From a virus (Duplodnaviria; Caudoviricetes), in IMG/VR virus record IMGVR_UViG_3300045391_006539: a stretch of DNA of 64,000 bases; one strand, 5' to 3'. Each line of letters starts with the position of its first letter. Position 1 is the first letter of the stretch. Position numbers and translations under genes: made by a program. Below are positions 1 to 9,426 of the stretch, piece by piece. A model generated the notes under the pieces. That model searched no databases, was not told the origin of the DNA, and worked only from the letters and a program-made list of their open reading frames with translations.

Positions 1-88
1 GACCTCGGCAGCGTCTCTCCAGACGACGTCATTGAGCTCTTCGAGACGGGTCTAGCGGACGGGCTCAACAAGTGGGAGAAGCGCAAGC

Positions 89-460
89 ATGACAAACGAA
101 AACGATGAGTTCGACAAGACCGGGCGAAAGTTCACGGCACTGCTCTCGCCCTGGAACGTCCGGCAAGTCCTGATGGTCATCCGTTTGTGGTGGCCTGACT
201 CCCAGTTCATCAGTGCCGATACGGGGACGACTCTCAATCCGTTGCTCTTCTCCGTTTCGGGGAAGGTCATCGTCTACAAGTCGGCGACGGTCAGGGTCCT
301 CGAAGAGATGGGGCAGCTCGACCCCAAATGTAGCCGCAACGTCTTCGATATCGAATTCTCACCCAAGAGCGTCGAGATGGAAGTCGGTGCTCCCCTGGAA
401 AACAACGAGCTGCACCAGCTCTGGTCTGAAATCACCAACTTTCTGAGATACTGCCAATGA
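89..460 (+). CDS. hypothetical phage protein
   Basis: ATG ORF in a tightly packed + strand run; stop overlaps next start (ATGA at 457). Confidence 0.6.
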   Translation: MTNENDEFDKTGRKFTALLSPWNVRQVLMVIRLWWPDSQFISADTGTTLNPLLFSVSGKVIVYKSATVRVLEEMGQLDPKCSRNVFDIEFSPKSVEMEVGAPLENNELHQLWSEITNFLRYCQ

Positions 461-768
461 CTTTTCTGGACATTCTCGACAAGGTCTTCGAGAGGGAGAA
501 CGTGCCGCCCTCTGAAGACCAGGACGGCAAGTACTACGAAACGCGAGGACTCGTCACACGGGTCCGTTTCGACGTGTTGTCTTCCGGCTTCACCATCACG
601 GCGCGGCTGACTGAGTTCGCGCACATGACCGAGGTGCGTTACTCGCATAGTCTGCCTTGCCCACGGGTCGGGTACGACGTGGTGGTGCGCCTCTATGCCA
701 TACGCCATGGGACCCAGTCGTCGTATCGTCCTCCGCCACGCATCGTTGCTTGGGAAGAAGTCGAGTGA
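457..768 (+). CDS. hypothetical phage protein
   Basis: 4-bp overlaps with both neighbours. Confidence 0.6.
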   Translation: MTFLDILDKVFERENVPPSEDQDGKYYETRGLVTRVRFDVLSSGFTITARLTEFAHMTEVRYSHSLPCPRVGYDVVVRLYAIRHGTQSSYRPPPRIVAWEEVE

Positions 769-1034
769 AGCAGCATTATCCCAAGCATCCCATTCGAGAG
801 GTCCTTCGGCTCATCGTGGGCAAGCGACCTCCCGACTTCGTTCAGGGTTACTCGCTCAAGACGCTCACCGACCAACAGTACTTCGAGCTCCAGCAGTGGT
901 GCCTCAACAACGAGCCACTCGGTTGGCTCACGGGGTCGGGCATCATTGAGGTTGCCGAGACGCTCGTCGGTGAGGCTGTGGGCAACGCCAATATTCCTAG
1001 AGAGGAGGACAATCCTCGTGCAAAGAAACGATAG
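765..1034 (+). CDS. hypothetical phage protein
   Basis: GTG start coupled to previous stop (GTGA); part of ORF 657..1034. Confidence 0.5.
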   Translation: MKQHYPKHPIREVLRLIVGKRPPDFVQGYSLKTLTDQQYFELQQWCLNNEPLGWLTGSGIIEVAETLVGEAVGNANIPREEDNPRAKKR

Positions 1035-1053
1035 ACTTCGGGCAAAAAGAAGA

Positions 1054-1353
1054 GTGAGAGGCCTGACCGTCGACGGGCTCATCGTCATCTTGGTCATTCT
1101 GACGGGTGTGGTGGCACTCGTTGCCGCGGTTGCCATTCGCAAGAAGCGGTCCAGTCTCGACGCCATGGAGGACTCGGCGCGAGACTGGGCCCGGCAGAAC
1201 GGCTATGTGCCACTCGCAGCGACGTGCTCTGGAATCTCAGAAGATTTGTTCATGCGCTGCACGGCCAGGGTGGCCAATCGAGATGAGCCCTTCGGGCTCG
1301 AATGCAGCATCATCAATGGCAACTGCGTGCTGATGCGAAATGTGAGGAACTGA
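1054..1353 (+). CDS. small membrane-anchored protein
   Basis: hydrophobic stretch LIVILVILTGVVALVAAVAI followed by a Cys-containing domain; start uncertain. Confidence 0.5.
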   Translation: MRGLTVDGLIVILVILTGVVALVAAVAIRKKRSSLDAMEDSARDWARQNGYVPLAATCSGISEDLFMRCTARVANRDEPFGLECSIINGNCVLMRNVRN

Positions 1354-1354
1354 C

Positions 1355-1666
1355 ATGGGTGAGAAAACACGCGAACGTAACTGGCAAGCCATCACGCTTC
1401 TCCAGGCAAAGTTGACGAGCGTCAAGCAAGGAGCCATAACACTCGACCGCATCAGCAAAGACCCTGACTCACTCACGTACAAGGCGGCTCAAGGAGCCAA
1501 GTTGGAATACAACGAGGCCGTCAACGAGATGCGTGACCTCATTCAGTGGCTCTTCGATGCAGACAACGTGCTCGACGAAAAGGATACGGTCTTCAATGAG
1601 ATAGAGGCGGATGCCGCCGCTGGCCGTCTCGAGAGATGGTCTCACGGTGAGGACCCTGCGAAGTAA
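1355..1666 (+). CDS. hypothetical phage protein
   Basis: ORF abutting neighbours; helical composition. Confidence 0.55.
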   Translation: MGEKTRERNWQAITLLQAKLTSVKQGAITLDRISKDPDSLTYKAAQGAKLEYNEAVNEMRDLIQWLFDADNVLDEKDTVFNEIEADAAAGRLERWSHGEDPAK

Positions 1667-1962
1667 TGGCTCGCGGCAAGTACATGCGGAATGGCGTGCT
1701 CGTTCGTTTCGAGTGCACCAAGTGCGGAGGCGGCACCTATGGCAGTCGCTGGCTGGACGCCAACGCCAGCAACAGCGAATCACTCTTCCGGCATTGCAAT
1801 ACACCGGGCTGCCAGACGGACTTCCCGTTAGCCGACGACTACAAGTACTTTTTGGTCGAGGGGAAGTTGTTGCCCTCTCGAGAGGCCTATGAGGAGGCGG
1901 TCTACACTGATAACTATGACGAGGCCTCCGTACAAGTCGCGACGGTGGTCTTCTCTACTTAA
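1666..1962 (+). CDS. putative Zn-ribbon protein
   Basis: CTKC ... CNTPGC cysteine pairs. Confidence 0.55.
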   Translation: MARGKYMRNGVLVRFECTKCGGGTYGSRWLDANASNSESLFRHCNTPGCQTDFPLADDYKYFLVEGKLLPSREAYEEAVYTDNYDEASVQVATVVFST

Positions 1963-1971
1963 AGGAAACCC

Positions 1972-2508
1972 ATGAAGCCCAAGAGCCTCCTGCACCAACA
2001 ACTGTCACATGCGGAATGGGTCATTGCCTGTGCGCTGGCTTTCGCCGTTCTCCTCGTGGGCTTCTTCATCGTTCGGGCTTGGGTGCAGAGCGTCATCCGC
2101 CGGCGCGGGTTCGAGCGCCTGAGCCGCATCCCAGACCCGCCGGAGTACGACCCTTTCGATTTGAAGCGACCGAGTCAGCTGCCGCCGCCTCCCGTCATCC
2201 CCATACCCATGCCCGAAGGGGTGCGGCGGCAAGCCATGCGGACGCTCACCGGTCTCGGGCGTGGTGGGCTCATCGAGCCGCCCACGCGAAGGACGTCTCG
2301 AATTCATGTCTCGCCAGCGACACAGGTAGGTGTCTGCTTGTCGGACTCCGACGCCTGGCGGCTCACGGGTGAGGCGCTGAACTCGCTTCGAAACGGAACA
2401 GGCGGCATGTCGACGAGCGACGACTCCAGCCACGGCGGTCGCTTCGGAGGTGCAGGCGGCTCTGATAGCTGGGACCATGACCTGGATGTGTCTGGAGGTG
2501 AGGAGTGA
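1972..2508 (+). CDS. membrane protein with Gly/Ser-rich tail
   Basis: AAGGA RBS; N-terminal TM helix; tail GGRFGGAGGSDSW. Confidence 0.55.
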   Translation: MKPKSLLHQQLSHAEWVIACALAFAVLLVGFFIVRAWVQSVIRRRGFERLSRIPDPPEYDPFDLKRPSQLPPPPVIPIPMPEGVRRQAMRTLTGLGRGGLIEPPTRRTSRIHVSPATQVGVCLSDSDAWRLTGEALNSLRNGTGGMSTSDDSSHGGRFGGAGGSDSWDHDLDVSGGEE

Positions 2509-2792
2509 CTGACCATGGTTCGGATTCGCAGAGTTTGACTCTCGAGGAGGCCAAGCAGTGTTTGGAGCGCCTGGCCTTCGAGGCGGAGAAGTATCGGGTC
2601 ACGAGTGACCGCGTGGTGACTCATCTCTCGGCGCTCGTCGCTCGGAAGGAGACGGAAGTCATCTCATTGAGGAAGCAGGTTCGGAACCTCGAGCGGCGCG
2701 TCGGGACGCTGGAGAAAGTGCTCGATGAGAAGGAAATCCCTTTGCCCGATTGGGAAGGCGGAGATGAACGAGATAAGGCTGTACCACCATGA
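2505..2792 (+). CDS. coiled-coil hypothetical protein
   Basis: GAGGA RBS, GTG start overlapping previous stop; heptad pattern. Confidence 0.55.
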   Translation: MTDHGSDSQSLTLEEAKQCLERLAFEAEKYRVTSDRVVTHLSALVARKETEVISLRKQVRNLERRVGTLEKVLDEKEIPLPDWEGGDERDKAVPP

Positions 2793-3051
2793 ACTCGAGA
2801 GCATGCCCGAGTACTCGCGCTCGGTCCCGTCAGGACCGACGCTCTTCAAGATGTGGAAGCGCTTCACGGGGTGGCATGGTGAGCCTTGGGTGGTCGGACA
2901 GTACGTGCCGCCACATCGTACGTTCAAGGAGTTGGACGTGATGATTCGTTGGTATCGGGTCGTGCTCAGACATGGCCCGATGCCTCCGACTTGGCAAGTT
3001 CCAGATTGGGGTAACTTTCAGCGCTTCGCGCGCGTGGGGTTTGGCAAATGA
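2764..3051 (+). CDS. hypothetical phage protein
   Basis: ATG at 2764 after GGAG. Confidence 0.5.
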   Translation: MNEIRLYHHELESMPEYSRSVPSGPTLFKMWKRFTGWHGEPWVVGQYVPPHRTFKELDVMIRWYRVVLRHGPMPPTWQVPDWGNFQRFARVGFGK

Positions 3052-3296
3052 GGAAAGACGTAGAGGAGAAGCTCTGGGCTTGGCTTCATGACAAGGAGTT
3101 CTACGAGTTCATGCAGCGCTATCGACATGCTCCTTCTGGAGACCAACGAGGAGTGCAGCAGAGCTTTGATGCTGTGAAGGGCCACATTGCAGAGAAGTTC
3201 ATCGAGCTCACACGAGAGGAGAGGTGACGGAGGCCGAGAGGAAGCTCATGGGCCCCGAGAAAAGACTCGAGTGTTAATCGAAAGGATGAGCGAGAA

Positions 3297-3497
3297 ATGA
3301 ACGACCTACCTTCTCGTGTGAAGGTGCGCGGCTGGGATGGTGTTGCTCTCACCGTGCTCGAGGAAAGAGACGGACAATGGCTCGTACACATGGTGGGTGA
3401 TGACAGAACCTACCTCGTGGACCCAGAGGAATGTACCCCGCTCGATGCAGATGACTTCTGCCCGAGTTGTGGGCAAACGAGGTGTGGACATCGATGA
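3297..3497 (+). CDS. small protein with C-terminal Cys cluster
   Basis: CPSCGQTRC motif. Confidence 0.5.
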   Translation: MNDLPSRVKVRGWDGVALTVLEERDGQWLVHMVGDDRTYLVDPEECTPLDADDFCPSCGQTRCGHR

Positions 3498-3844
3498 TTA
3501 ATAGACTCTGGCAAGTCGACAAGCAGTGCGACGAATGCCCCTGGAGGAGAGACGTTCCTCCCGGGGCATTTCCGCTCCATAGGTTCGAGGCTCTTCGAGG
3601 CAGCGTCGAGCAAGGCTTCGGCACCCTGTTCGCCTGTCATAAAAGCAAGGAGGAAAACAAGAAGGCGTGTGTCGGGTACGTCCTCAATCAAGTCAATAGC
3701 GTGCGAGGACCAGAGAACTTCAACTTGCGGAAGCTCCTGTCTGACGGGAGGATAGACCCCGACCGGATGACCCTGGTCGGACTCCAGTACGACAACTACG
3801 ACGAGATGGTCGAGGCGAACCGCCTCGTGGAGGAAGGACAGTAA
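3494..3844 (+). CDS. DUF6283-like Cys-rich phage protein
   Basis: CDECPWRRD...FACH...ACVGY pattern, family recognised from memory. Confidence 0.55.
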   Translation: MINRLWQVDKQCDECPWRRDVPPGAFPLHRFEALRGSVEQGFGTLFACHKSKEENKKACVGYVLNQVNSVRGPENFNLRKLLSDGRIDPDRMTLVGLQYDNYDEMVEANRLVEEGQ

Positions 3845-4084
3845 ATGGCGAACGTCACGGTGAAGGTCGCGCAGAGACCTTTGGGCCAGGAGGTGTATGA
3901 CCCTGAGCTCACCATCAACTTCTATCCGGGCCAGGAGCTCCCGGGTGTCGTGTCGGAGCTCAGCTGGGACAACTCCGCTGTTCAGGATGGACTACACCGG
4001 GCCTTCGGCAAGCGCGAAGGAGAGGTGCTCGTCGGAGTCATCATCACGGCTAAGGGCATCAAAGGCCACTTCAGGAAAAGGTGA
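3845..4084 (+). CDS. hypothetical phage protein
   Basis: AAGGA RBS; abuts neighbours. Confidence 0.5.
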   Translation: MANVTVKVAQRPLGQEVYDPELTINFYPGQELPGVVSELSWDNSAVQDGLHRAFGKREGEVLVGVIITAKGIKGHFRKR

Positions 4085-4938
4085 ACGTCATGGAAGAGCA
4101 GCAACAGGAAGTCGAGAAGACGGACGGGCGCATGTGCATCAAAGACCTCTCACTCGTCGACACCAAGGGTTTCATGCCCGTCATCGAGCGCAACGAGGCG
4201 GGTGAGGAAGTCGTCGCCATGCTGCCTTCCGTGGGCCACGACCTCATCGTCATGGCTCGAACGCCGGCGCAGCTCGACCAGAGCCGCGAGCAGGTCAAAG
4301 ACTGGTTGCAGCTGAAGCTTCGGTCTCTCCGAGCTGCAGAGCAGAATGCCCAAGAGAACTTGGATGCCGCCATTCAGGCCAAGGTCAAGACCTCGGCTTG
4401 GAAGGCGGTCATCTATAGAGAACGACGCCGCATCAAGTACTACGAAAAGCTCTACGCTGCTCTCGAGGCGGGCTACTACATCGTGCCTGATTTTCCCATC
4501 AACGTCATTGCCGTACGGACCAAGAAGACCCGCCCGACGGTTGGAGGTACCGAGTACAGATGGGCGAGCGACGTGCGGGATGAACCCCACCAGTTCTTGC
4601 CCGTCGGTGAAGGTGAGTACGTCAACCCCGACATCGCAGCTTATCCAGTCCAGCGCAACGTCCAGAACAGTGAGGGCAAGACTGAATCCGTCACACGGCA
4701 TCAGGCCGCCTTCGAGTTCGACGAAATCGACTTCCCGCTACGGGTCATTCGTCCTCAGATTCTCAAGGACTTCTCCAAGGCCGTGCAGGCCAAGATATTC
4801 GACGAGATTGGGGTCTTGCCAGACACCCGCCGACGTCAGGACCCGGTGGTCGTTGGACGCATCGAGCTCAAGGAGGGTTATACGAGGAAGAGCTGCTCCT
4901 TCATCATCAGCTGGTGGATTCCGACCTCGAGTCTCTGA
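4081..4938 (+). CDS. hypothetical phage protein (285 aa)
   Basis: long ORF with normal codon bias. Confidence 0.7.
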   Translation: MNVMEEQQQEVEKTDGRMCIKDLSLVDTKGFMPVIERNEAGEEVVAMLPSVGHDLIVMARTPAQLDQSREQVKDWLQLKLRSLRAAEQNAQENLDAAIQAKVKTSAWKAVIYRERRRIKYYEKLYAALEAGYYIVPDFPINVIAVRTKKTRPTVGGTEYRWASDVRDEPHQFLPVGEGEYVNPDIAAYPVQRNVQNSEGKTESVTRHQAAFEFDEIDFPLRVIRPQILKDFSKAVQAKIFDEIGVLPDTRRRQDPVVVGRIELKEGYTRKSCSFIISWWIPTSSL

Positions 4939-5110
4939 CCCGTATAATTGGAGGCGTGACTATCGAAGGCGCTCCCAAAGCGGCAGTGCGTCTGGTGTTC
5001 GGCGCGGCTTGGTGTTCCCTGCTGCTCGGTGGCATGGTAGCAGGGACCCTCTTCGTCAGGCTGGGGTCTGCGCTCGGCCGCGCTGAAGACTGGTGTGAAA
5101 GGAAGCTCGT

Positions 5111-5557
5111 GTGAAGAGAGTCGATTTGGCGTGTATCGATGAGGACTTCTTTGGACTCATCTTCCCGATGTCCGAGGGTGCTCTCTGGACGAGTCAAGTG
5201 GGCGGTACGGCCAATGGGCATCCCGAGGTGCCCGGCATCTTCGTGCCACTACCCATGAACCTCCCCGACCAGGGAGATGACCCGTTACGCAATCACTATG
5301 TGACGGGCCGTGGGAGCAAGGACTATCCACGCCATCTGGTCGAGGCATTTTTGAACTCGGAGGAGTGGCTCGAAGACTATTTCGAGCCACTCGATAGCTG
5401 GGATGACCTGCCCATGTGTGTACCCTGGGTCGTGGCCGAGGCCTGGGTCCCAGTCCGAGTGCGCCGCATGCCTCTCGGGGAATCTGCAGGGGCTCGAGAC
5501 CTCCTCTTGCCTTTCAGCGGGCAGGTGGTGATTCTCGTTTACACCAACAGCGACTGA
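5111..5557 (+). CDS. DUF6210-like protein
   Basis: QVGG...HPEVPGIFVPL...EAWVPV...LVYTNSD pattern, family recognised from memory. Confidence 0.5.
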   Translation: MKRVDLACIDEDFFGLIFPMSEGALWTSQVGGTANGHPEVPGIFVPLPMNLPDQGDDPLRNHYVTGRGSKDYPRHLVEAFLNSEEWLEDYFEPLDSWDDLPMCVPWVVAEAWVPVRVRRMPLGESAGARDLLLPFSGQVVILVYTNSD

Positions 5558-5558
5558 G

Positions 5559-5585
5559 CAATTTTGTTGTCTCTTCGGAGATAAC
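5559..5585 (+). promoter_or_regulatory. recurrent phage promoter-like motif
   Basis: CAATT-N13-GGAGATAAC, then GGAG RBS and ATG 5601. Confidence 0.6.
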
Positions 5586-5600
5586 CAATTCGGAGAGAGA

Positions 5601-5927
5601 ATGGACAATGTCACGACGATGCCAGAGCCCGACTCGTTCGAGTGGGCTGGACTCAAGTTCAAGCGCCGCGGCGCCGAGTATCATTGCGAGAGGGGCGCGT
5701 TCGAGTGGGAAGTCGACGCGCGACCCAGTCCTGTCGCCGACCACGCCACACCCGAGCATTTTGCTCGGGTCTACTTGAGAGGTGTGAAGCTCATCATGTC
5801 GACGGGCAAGACACGGTTCGCGGCACTCAGCGATGCGCTCGAGAAACTCAAGACGCTCGAGGCGCTCGTCAGCACGGAGATTCATGAGAGAAGGCAAGGG
5901 AAGCAGAGGCCTTCTACTCGGAGGTGA
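5601..5927 (+). CDS. hypothetical phage protein
   Basis: RBS and upstream promoter motif. Confidence 0.6.
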   Translation: MDNVTTMPEPDSFEWAGLKFKRRGAEYHCERGAFEWEVDARPSPVADHATPEHFARVYLRGVKLIMSTGKTRFAALSDALEKLKTLEALVSTEIHERRQGKQRPSTRR

Positions 5928-6080
5928 ATGACCATCAACAAAGAAAGGAATGAGGGACGATGAAACAAATACTCGTGCATGAAGGGGCGAGGAGATGCTC
6001 CTGCATGACCTAGTTGACGAACGGCTTGGGATAGATGCTGAATTTGAATTGCTCGTTTGTTCGGAATGGCAGCGAGCATG

Positions 6081-6149
6081 CAGTCCATTGCTCAGAGGGT
6101 AGCGTCCCCGATACGTCGGGTAGTTTCGGTTCGAGCCCGAGTGGACTAC
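6081..6149 (+). ncRNA. tRNA-like element with UACG tetraloop in place of the anticodon loop
   Basis: acceptor CAGTCCA/TGGACTA; D-like arm GCT..AGC; stem CCCGA-TACG-TCGGG; T arm TTCGG-TTCGAGC-CCGAG; no CCA. Confidence 0.5.
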
Positions 6150-6181
6150 GATTGTTTGGCTAGTTTGAAATCTCGTCGTCT

Positions 6182-6216
6182 GGGTGGGGCTAAAGCCCCA
6201 CCCGCAGACTAGCCCC
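6182..6216. terminator. hairpin between convergent units
   Basis: GGGTGGGGC-TAAA-GCCCCACCC followed by CTAGCCCC. Confidence 0.55.
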
Positions 6217-6453
6217 TTACTTCTTCCTGCCCCCTTTGAGGGACAACACGGGCGCGGTGGGCTTCGCCGCCGGCTTGTTCTTGGCTGGCTTCTTGCGCGT
6301 CTTGTTGTCGAACCAGGTCTCTACGAGCTGGCTTTGCTCGTTGCCCTTGGCTTGGTGCTCGACGACGAAGTCCTTGAGCGAGATGGATTCACCCCCAGCC
6401 ATGCGCTTGTGATGCAGTCTCTTGATTTGCTTACTGACGGATTGTGTATTCAT
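6217..6453 (-). CDS. small basic protein
   Basis: GAGGA RBS; Lys-rich tail. Confidence 0.55.
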   Translation of the reverse strand: MNTQSVSKQIKRLHHKRMAGGESISLKDFVVEHQAKGNEQSQLVETWFDNKTRKKPAKNKPAAKPTAPVLSLKGGRKK

Positions 6454-6626
6454 TGTCCTCGGATGCTGTCAGAAGAGCGGCGGCAACGAGAAGGGTGGGG
6501 ATGCATTCCACCTTCGAGGGCAGTTTCGGTCACCCATGAACTCTCTCGGTAGCTGAGAAGAAAGGAGCAACGCGTTGCCGCCGCACTTCCGACAGTATCT
6601 GATGGCAGTTCTCTTTCACCAAACTC

Positions 6627-6662
6627 TTTATCTCGGAATTCGTCTGGTCTTTGCGGGATAAC
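6627..6662. promoter_or_regulatory. overlapping divergent pair of promoter-like motifs
   Basis: + strand GAATT-N13-CGGGATAAC (6636-6662); - strand CAAAG-N13-CGAGATAAA (6653-6627). Confidence 0.55.
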
Positions 6663-6678
6663 CCTTTTGGAGGGAAGC

Positions 6679-6888
6679 ATGATGAGCAATCTCTATACGT
6701 GGATGGTCCGCATGGGCATCCTCGTGTACCTGTTTTGGAAGGACTTCTTCGACCCACTAGTCACGGCCGTGCCGTGTGGGTGCGGTGAGCTCTATCCAGC
6801 GGGTAACTGTGTGCGTTGTCATGGCACGGGACTCAGGCATAGACCAGCGAGAAGGGTGACGATGTGGAAGCAGAAAAATCAGAAGTAG
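6679..6888 (+). CDS. small membrane/Zn-finger protein
   Basis: GGAGG RBS; CGC and CVRCHGTG motifs. Confidence 0.45.
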   Translation: MMSNLYTWMVRMGILVYLFWKDFFDPLVTAVPCGCGELYPAGNCVRCHGTGLRHRPARRVTMWKQKNQK

Positions 6889-7358
6889 ACGATGACTGGA
6901 TGAAGGACCCTGCCGAGGCATGGGCGGGCGAGATACCGCAGCTCGTTCCTGGTGAGCCATTCAGTCCCCAGACCAAGGCACGGCTCGAGCACATGCTCGA
7001 GCAGATGCGGTTCACGGCGAATGAATTCTATTCGTCTGCCGTGCGCATCGGGCAGCACACGTTCATCGAATTCAATGGAATGCTGCTCGAGTACATCAAG
7101 GGTTGCCAGAACATGTACTTGGCAGAGGTCGACTTCACGATGAACAATCAGAGGCCGACCGAGGAAGAGCTGCATTACATTGGCGAGAAGTTCGAGTGCA
7201 TCTGGGGTCACTGCATGACGGACCCGCGTCTCCGGACGGCGTTCGTGGCTGGGGTACTGGGCGCCCAGCTCCCGGTCGTGTATGACAAGGTCATCCAGCT
7301 CGAGCTGGTGGACGAGGAGCCGCCGTCCGAGGAGGAGTGGTACTCGGCGAGCGGCTGA
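6864..7358 (+). CDS. hypothetical phage protein
   Basis: ORF followed by hairpin+CTAGCCCC; start uncertain. Confidence 0.6.
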   Translation: MEAEKSEVDDDWMKDPAEAWAGEIPQLVPGEPFSPQTKARLEHMLEQMRFTANEFYSSAVRIGQHTFIEFNGMLLEYIKGCQNMYLAEVDFTMNNQRPTEEELHYIGEKFECIWGHCMTDPRLRTAFVAGVLGAQLPVVYDKVIQLELVDEEPPSEEEWYSASG

Positions 7359-7675
7359 GCCGCTGCCAGGCGCGTGTTGGGATGGGGACGGCCACGGCCG
7401 TCCCCGGCTCCCACCCGGCGCTTCCTAGCCCCTCTTCCGGGGCGTTGTGGGGTGGTGGCCTATTGGTGGCCTGTCGCATAAGCCTCGGCGGCGCAGGTGC
7501 ACCGGTGGTGCGCGCGCACCGGGTGCGCGTTTTGGTTCGGTTGGAAACCTCAATGATTACCGATAACTATTCGACGGTTATCGTAAAGTGAGGCATGTCT
7601 ATAAGCGTCATAAGGGGCTAGGAGCAGCCTGCAGCGCGCCGGCGGCGAGCTTTGGCCCGCCGCCGTATCGGCCAC

Positions 7676-8194
7676 TCAGTCGAAGACCGGCTTCGCGTAG
7701 CACTGCTGCAGGTGCTCGCGGTTCTCGTGGGTGGTGTTGCTCGCGTTGGGGCAGCTGGTATCAACGGAGTTCTTGGCGGCTGCCCTGGCGCGCTCGAGAC
7801 GACGTGCTTCCAGCTCCTCCTTCGACCGAGGTTCTGGAATCTCGGGTATGACTACGGACTCGGCAGCAGCGAGGTTGGCGTAGGCGAGACGCTCGACGTT
7901 GGTCCGCATGAACTCTCGTCGCCACTCGTCGTAGCGTTCATGGTCGTTCTCTCGAAGCGCGTTGGCGCGGTTGGTCTGCTCGTAGGTCTTCAGTGGTCGA
8001 TTCTGGATGCGTTCGATGGCCTCGCGCAGGGCCATGAACGCCATGTAGCTGCGCTCGCTGAGGACCTCCGCTAGATAGTTGACGCGAATCTTGTAGTGCA
8101 GGTAGTCGAGCGTGCCCGACTTGAAGCGCTCACGGGCCTCTTTACGTACGGCGAAGTAGTGTTCGAGTTCCTTGCGTGCCTTTGACTTTTCCAT
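7676..8194 (-). CDS. hypothetical phage protein
   Basis: GAGG RBS before ATG 8194. Confidence 0.55.
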   Translation of the reverse strand: MEKSKARKELEHYFAVRKEARERFKSGTLDYLHYKIRVNYLAEVLSERSYMAFMALREAIERIQNRPLKTYEQTNRANALRENDHERYDEWRREFMRTNVERLAYANLAAAESVVIPEIPEPRSKEELEARRLERARAAAKNSVDTSCPNASNTTHENREHLQQCYAKPVFD

Positions 8195-8255
8195 GAGTAC
8201 CTCGAAGTAGCGGGCGACGGGGGCCCATCCTATGGCCCCCGTCACCAAAGTTCAC

Positions 8256-8564
8256 TCAGAGTTCGGCGTGAGCTGCGAGGACGTCGAGCCAGGCGTGAGC
8301 CAAGGAGCGACGCGACTTGATGTAGAGCTCGGTGAAGTACGGGCGGCAGCCGAGACTGCTGGACATGGCGAGGCACTGGACCCGGGCGTATTCGATGGCC
8401 TCGTGAGCGAGCGAATTGTTCTGCTCCAGCTTGTCGAGAGCGGGCATCTCGACCGTGCGCCGTTGTCCCGTCTCGACCGAGCCAAACTCGCGGGCACTGA
8501 ACTCGAGGTAGGCGTCGAGAGCAGCTCTGGCATCCTTCACCATGTTCATCATCTGTGTGTTCAT
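8256..8564 (-). CDS. hypothetical phage protein
   Basis: AAGGA RBS; part of minus-strand run. Confidence 0.55.
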   Translation of the reverse strand: MNTQMMNMVKDARAALDAYLEFSAREFGSVETGQRRTVEMPALDKLEQNNSLAHEAIEYARVQCLAMSSSLGCRPYFTELYIKSRRSLAHAWLDVLAAHAEL

Positions 8565-8601
8565 TCTGACTTTCCTTTCTTCTCGTGACCGCGTGAGAGA
8601 T

Positions 8602-8988
8602 TCACACGGGTACGTCTTTGGTCTTGAGACTCTTCACCCGCGCTTCCTCGACTTCGAGAAGGAACTCATAGGTCGCATAGGTGAACATGCGGGCTTTGTC
8701 ATCGATGGCATTGACGAGCGCGTGCATCCCAGGACTGAGTGGACTTCCTGGTGGTCCAGCGTGGGCTGACACTTCGCCGAGGATGCATTGAGCGACGTGT
8801 GTCAGTGCTCGATAGGCCCTCTCGTCTCGGCGTTTCAGGTCATCGTCGAGATGCTTCTTGATGTGGAGGAATTCGAGTACTGCTCGGAGACCCGCCGACG
8901 TCGTGGCGTTCGCCTCGTAGTTTCGGAGAACGGTCTCCCTCACGCCTGCCCGAGCAGCCCAGTACCAATCGAGGTCTGCTTTACTCAT
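8602..8988 (-). CDS. hypothetical protein, N-terminus shared with 8981..9328
   Basis: begins MSKADLDWYW. Confidence 0.6.
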   Translation of the reverse strand: MSKADLDWYWAARAGVRETVLRNYEANATTSAGLRAVLEFLHIKKHLDDDLKRRDERAYRALTHVAQCILGEVSAHAGPPGSPLSPGMHALVNAIDDKARMFTYATYEFLLEVEEARVKSLKTKDVPV

Positions 8989-9328
8989 CCCTCTTCCTCT
9001 TGATGTCGTTCACTCTCTCGAGGAACTCGTAGATGTGTCCTGAGACCTCTTGCATGAGAGCGATGCTGGTGAGGCCTGTGATGAGGCTTTCGTTCTCTTC
9101 TATGACCCTCGCATCTTCTGGTGTCCCTCGACATGGGTTACCACCAGAGAGTCGTGTCAGTAAGAGGCCCATGGCACCGTCCACGGCTTCTACGCCCAGT
9201 TGGTTCTCCCTACGCAGGTCTCGATACAAGTCGAGTCTCATAGTGGCAGCCTCCTTTTTACTGAGGCTCGAGTCGTAAGTGATGGCCCGGCGCTTCTCCC
9301 AATACCAATCGAGGTCTTCTTTGCTCAT
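8981..9328 (-). CDS. hypothetical protein, N-terminus shared with 8602..8988
   Basis: begins MSKEDLDWYW. Confidence 0.6.
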   Translation of the reverse strand: MSKEDLDWYWEKRRAITYDSSLSKKEAATMRLDLYRDLRRENQLGVEAVDGAMGLLLTRLSGGNPCRGTPEDARVIEENESLITGLTSIALMQEVSGHIYEFLERVNDIKRKRDE

Positions 9329-9334
9329 TTTTCT

Positions 9335-9362
9335 TTGACACCTTCCTGCCCCGGGTTATCAT
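9335..9362 (+). promoter_or_regulatory. sigma70-like promoter upstream of the tRNA-like cluster
   Basis: TTGACA-N16-TATCAT. Confidence 0.45.
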
Positions 9363-9426
9363 CTGGACATGGCTTGACAGTCAGCGCTTCGCGCAACTCC
9401 TTCGGCGACTGTTCATTGCCATCATT

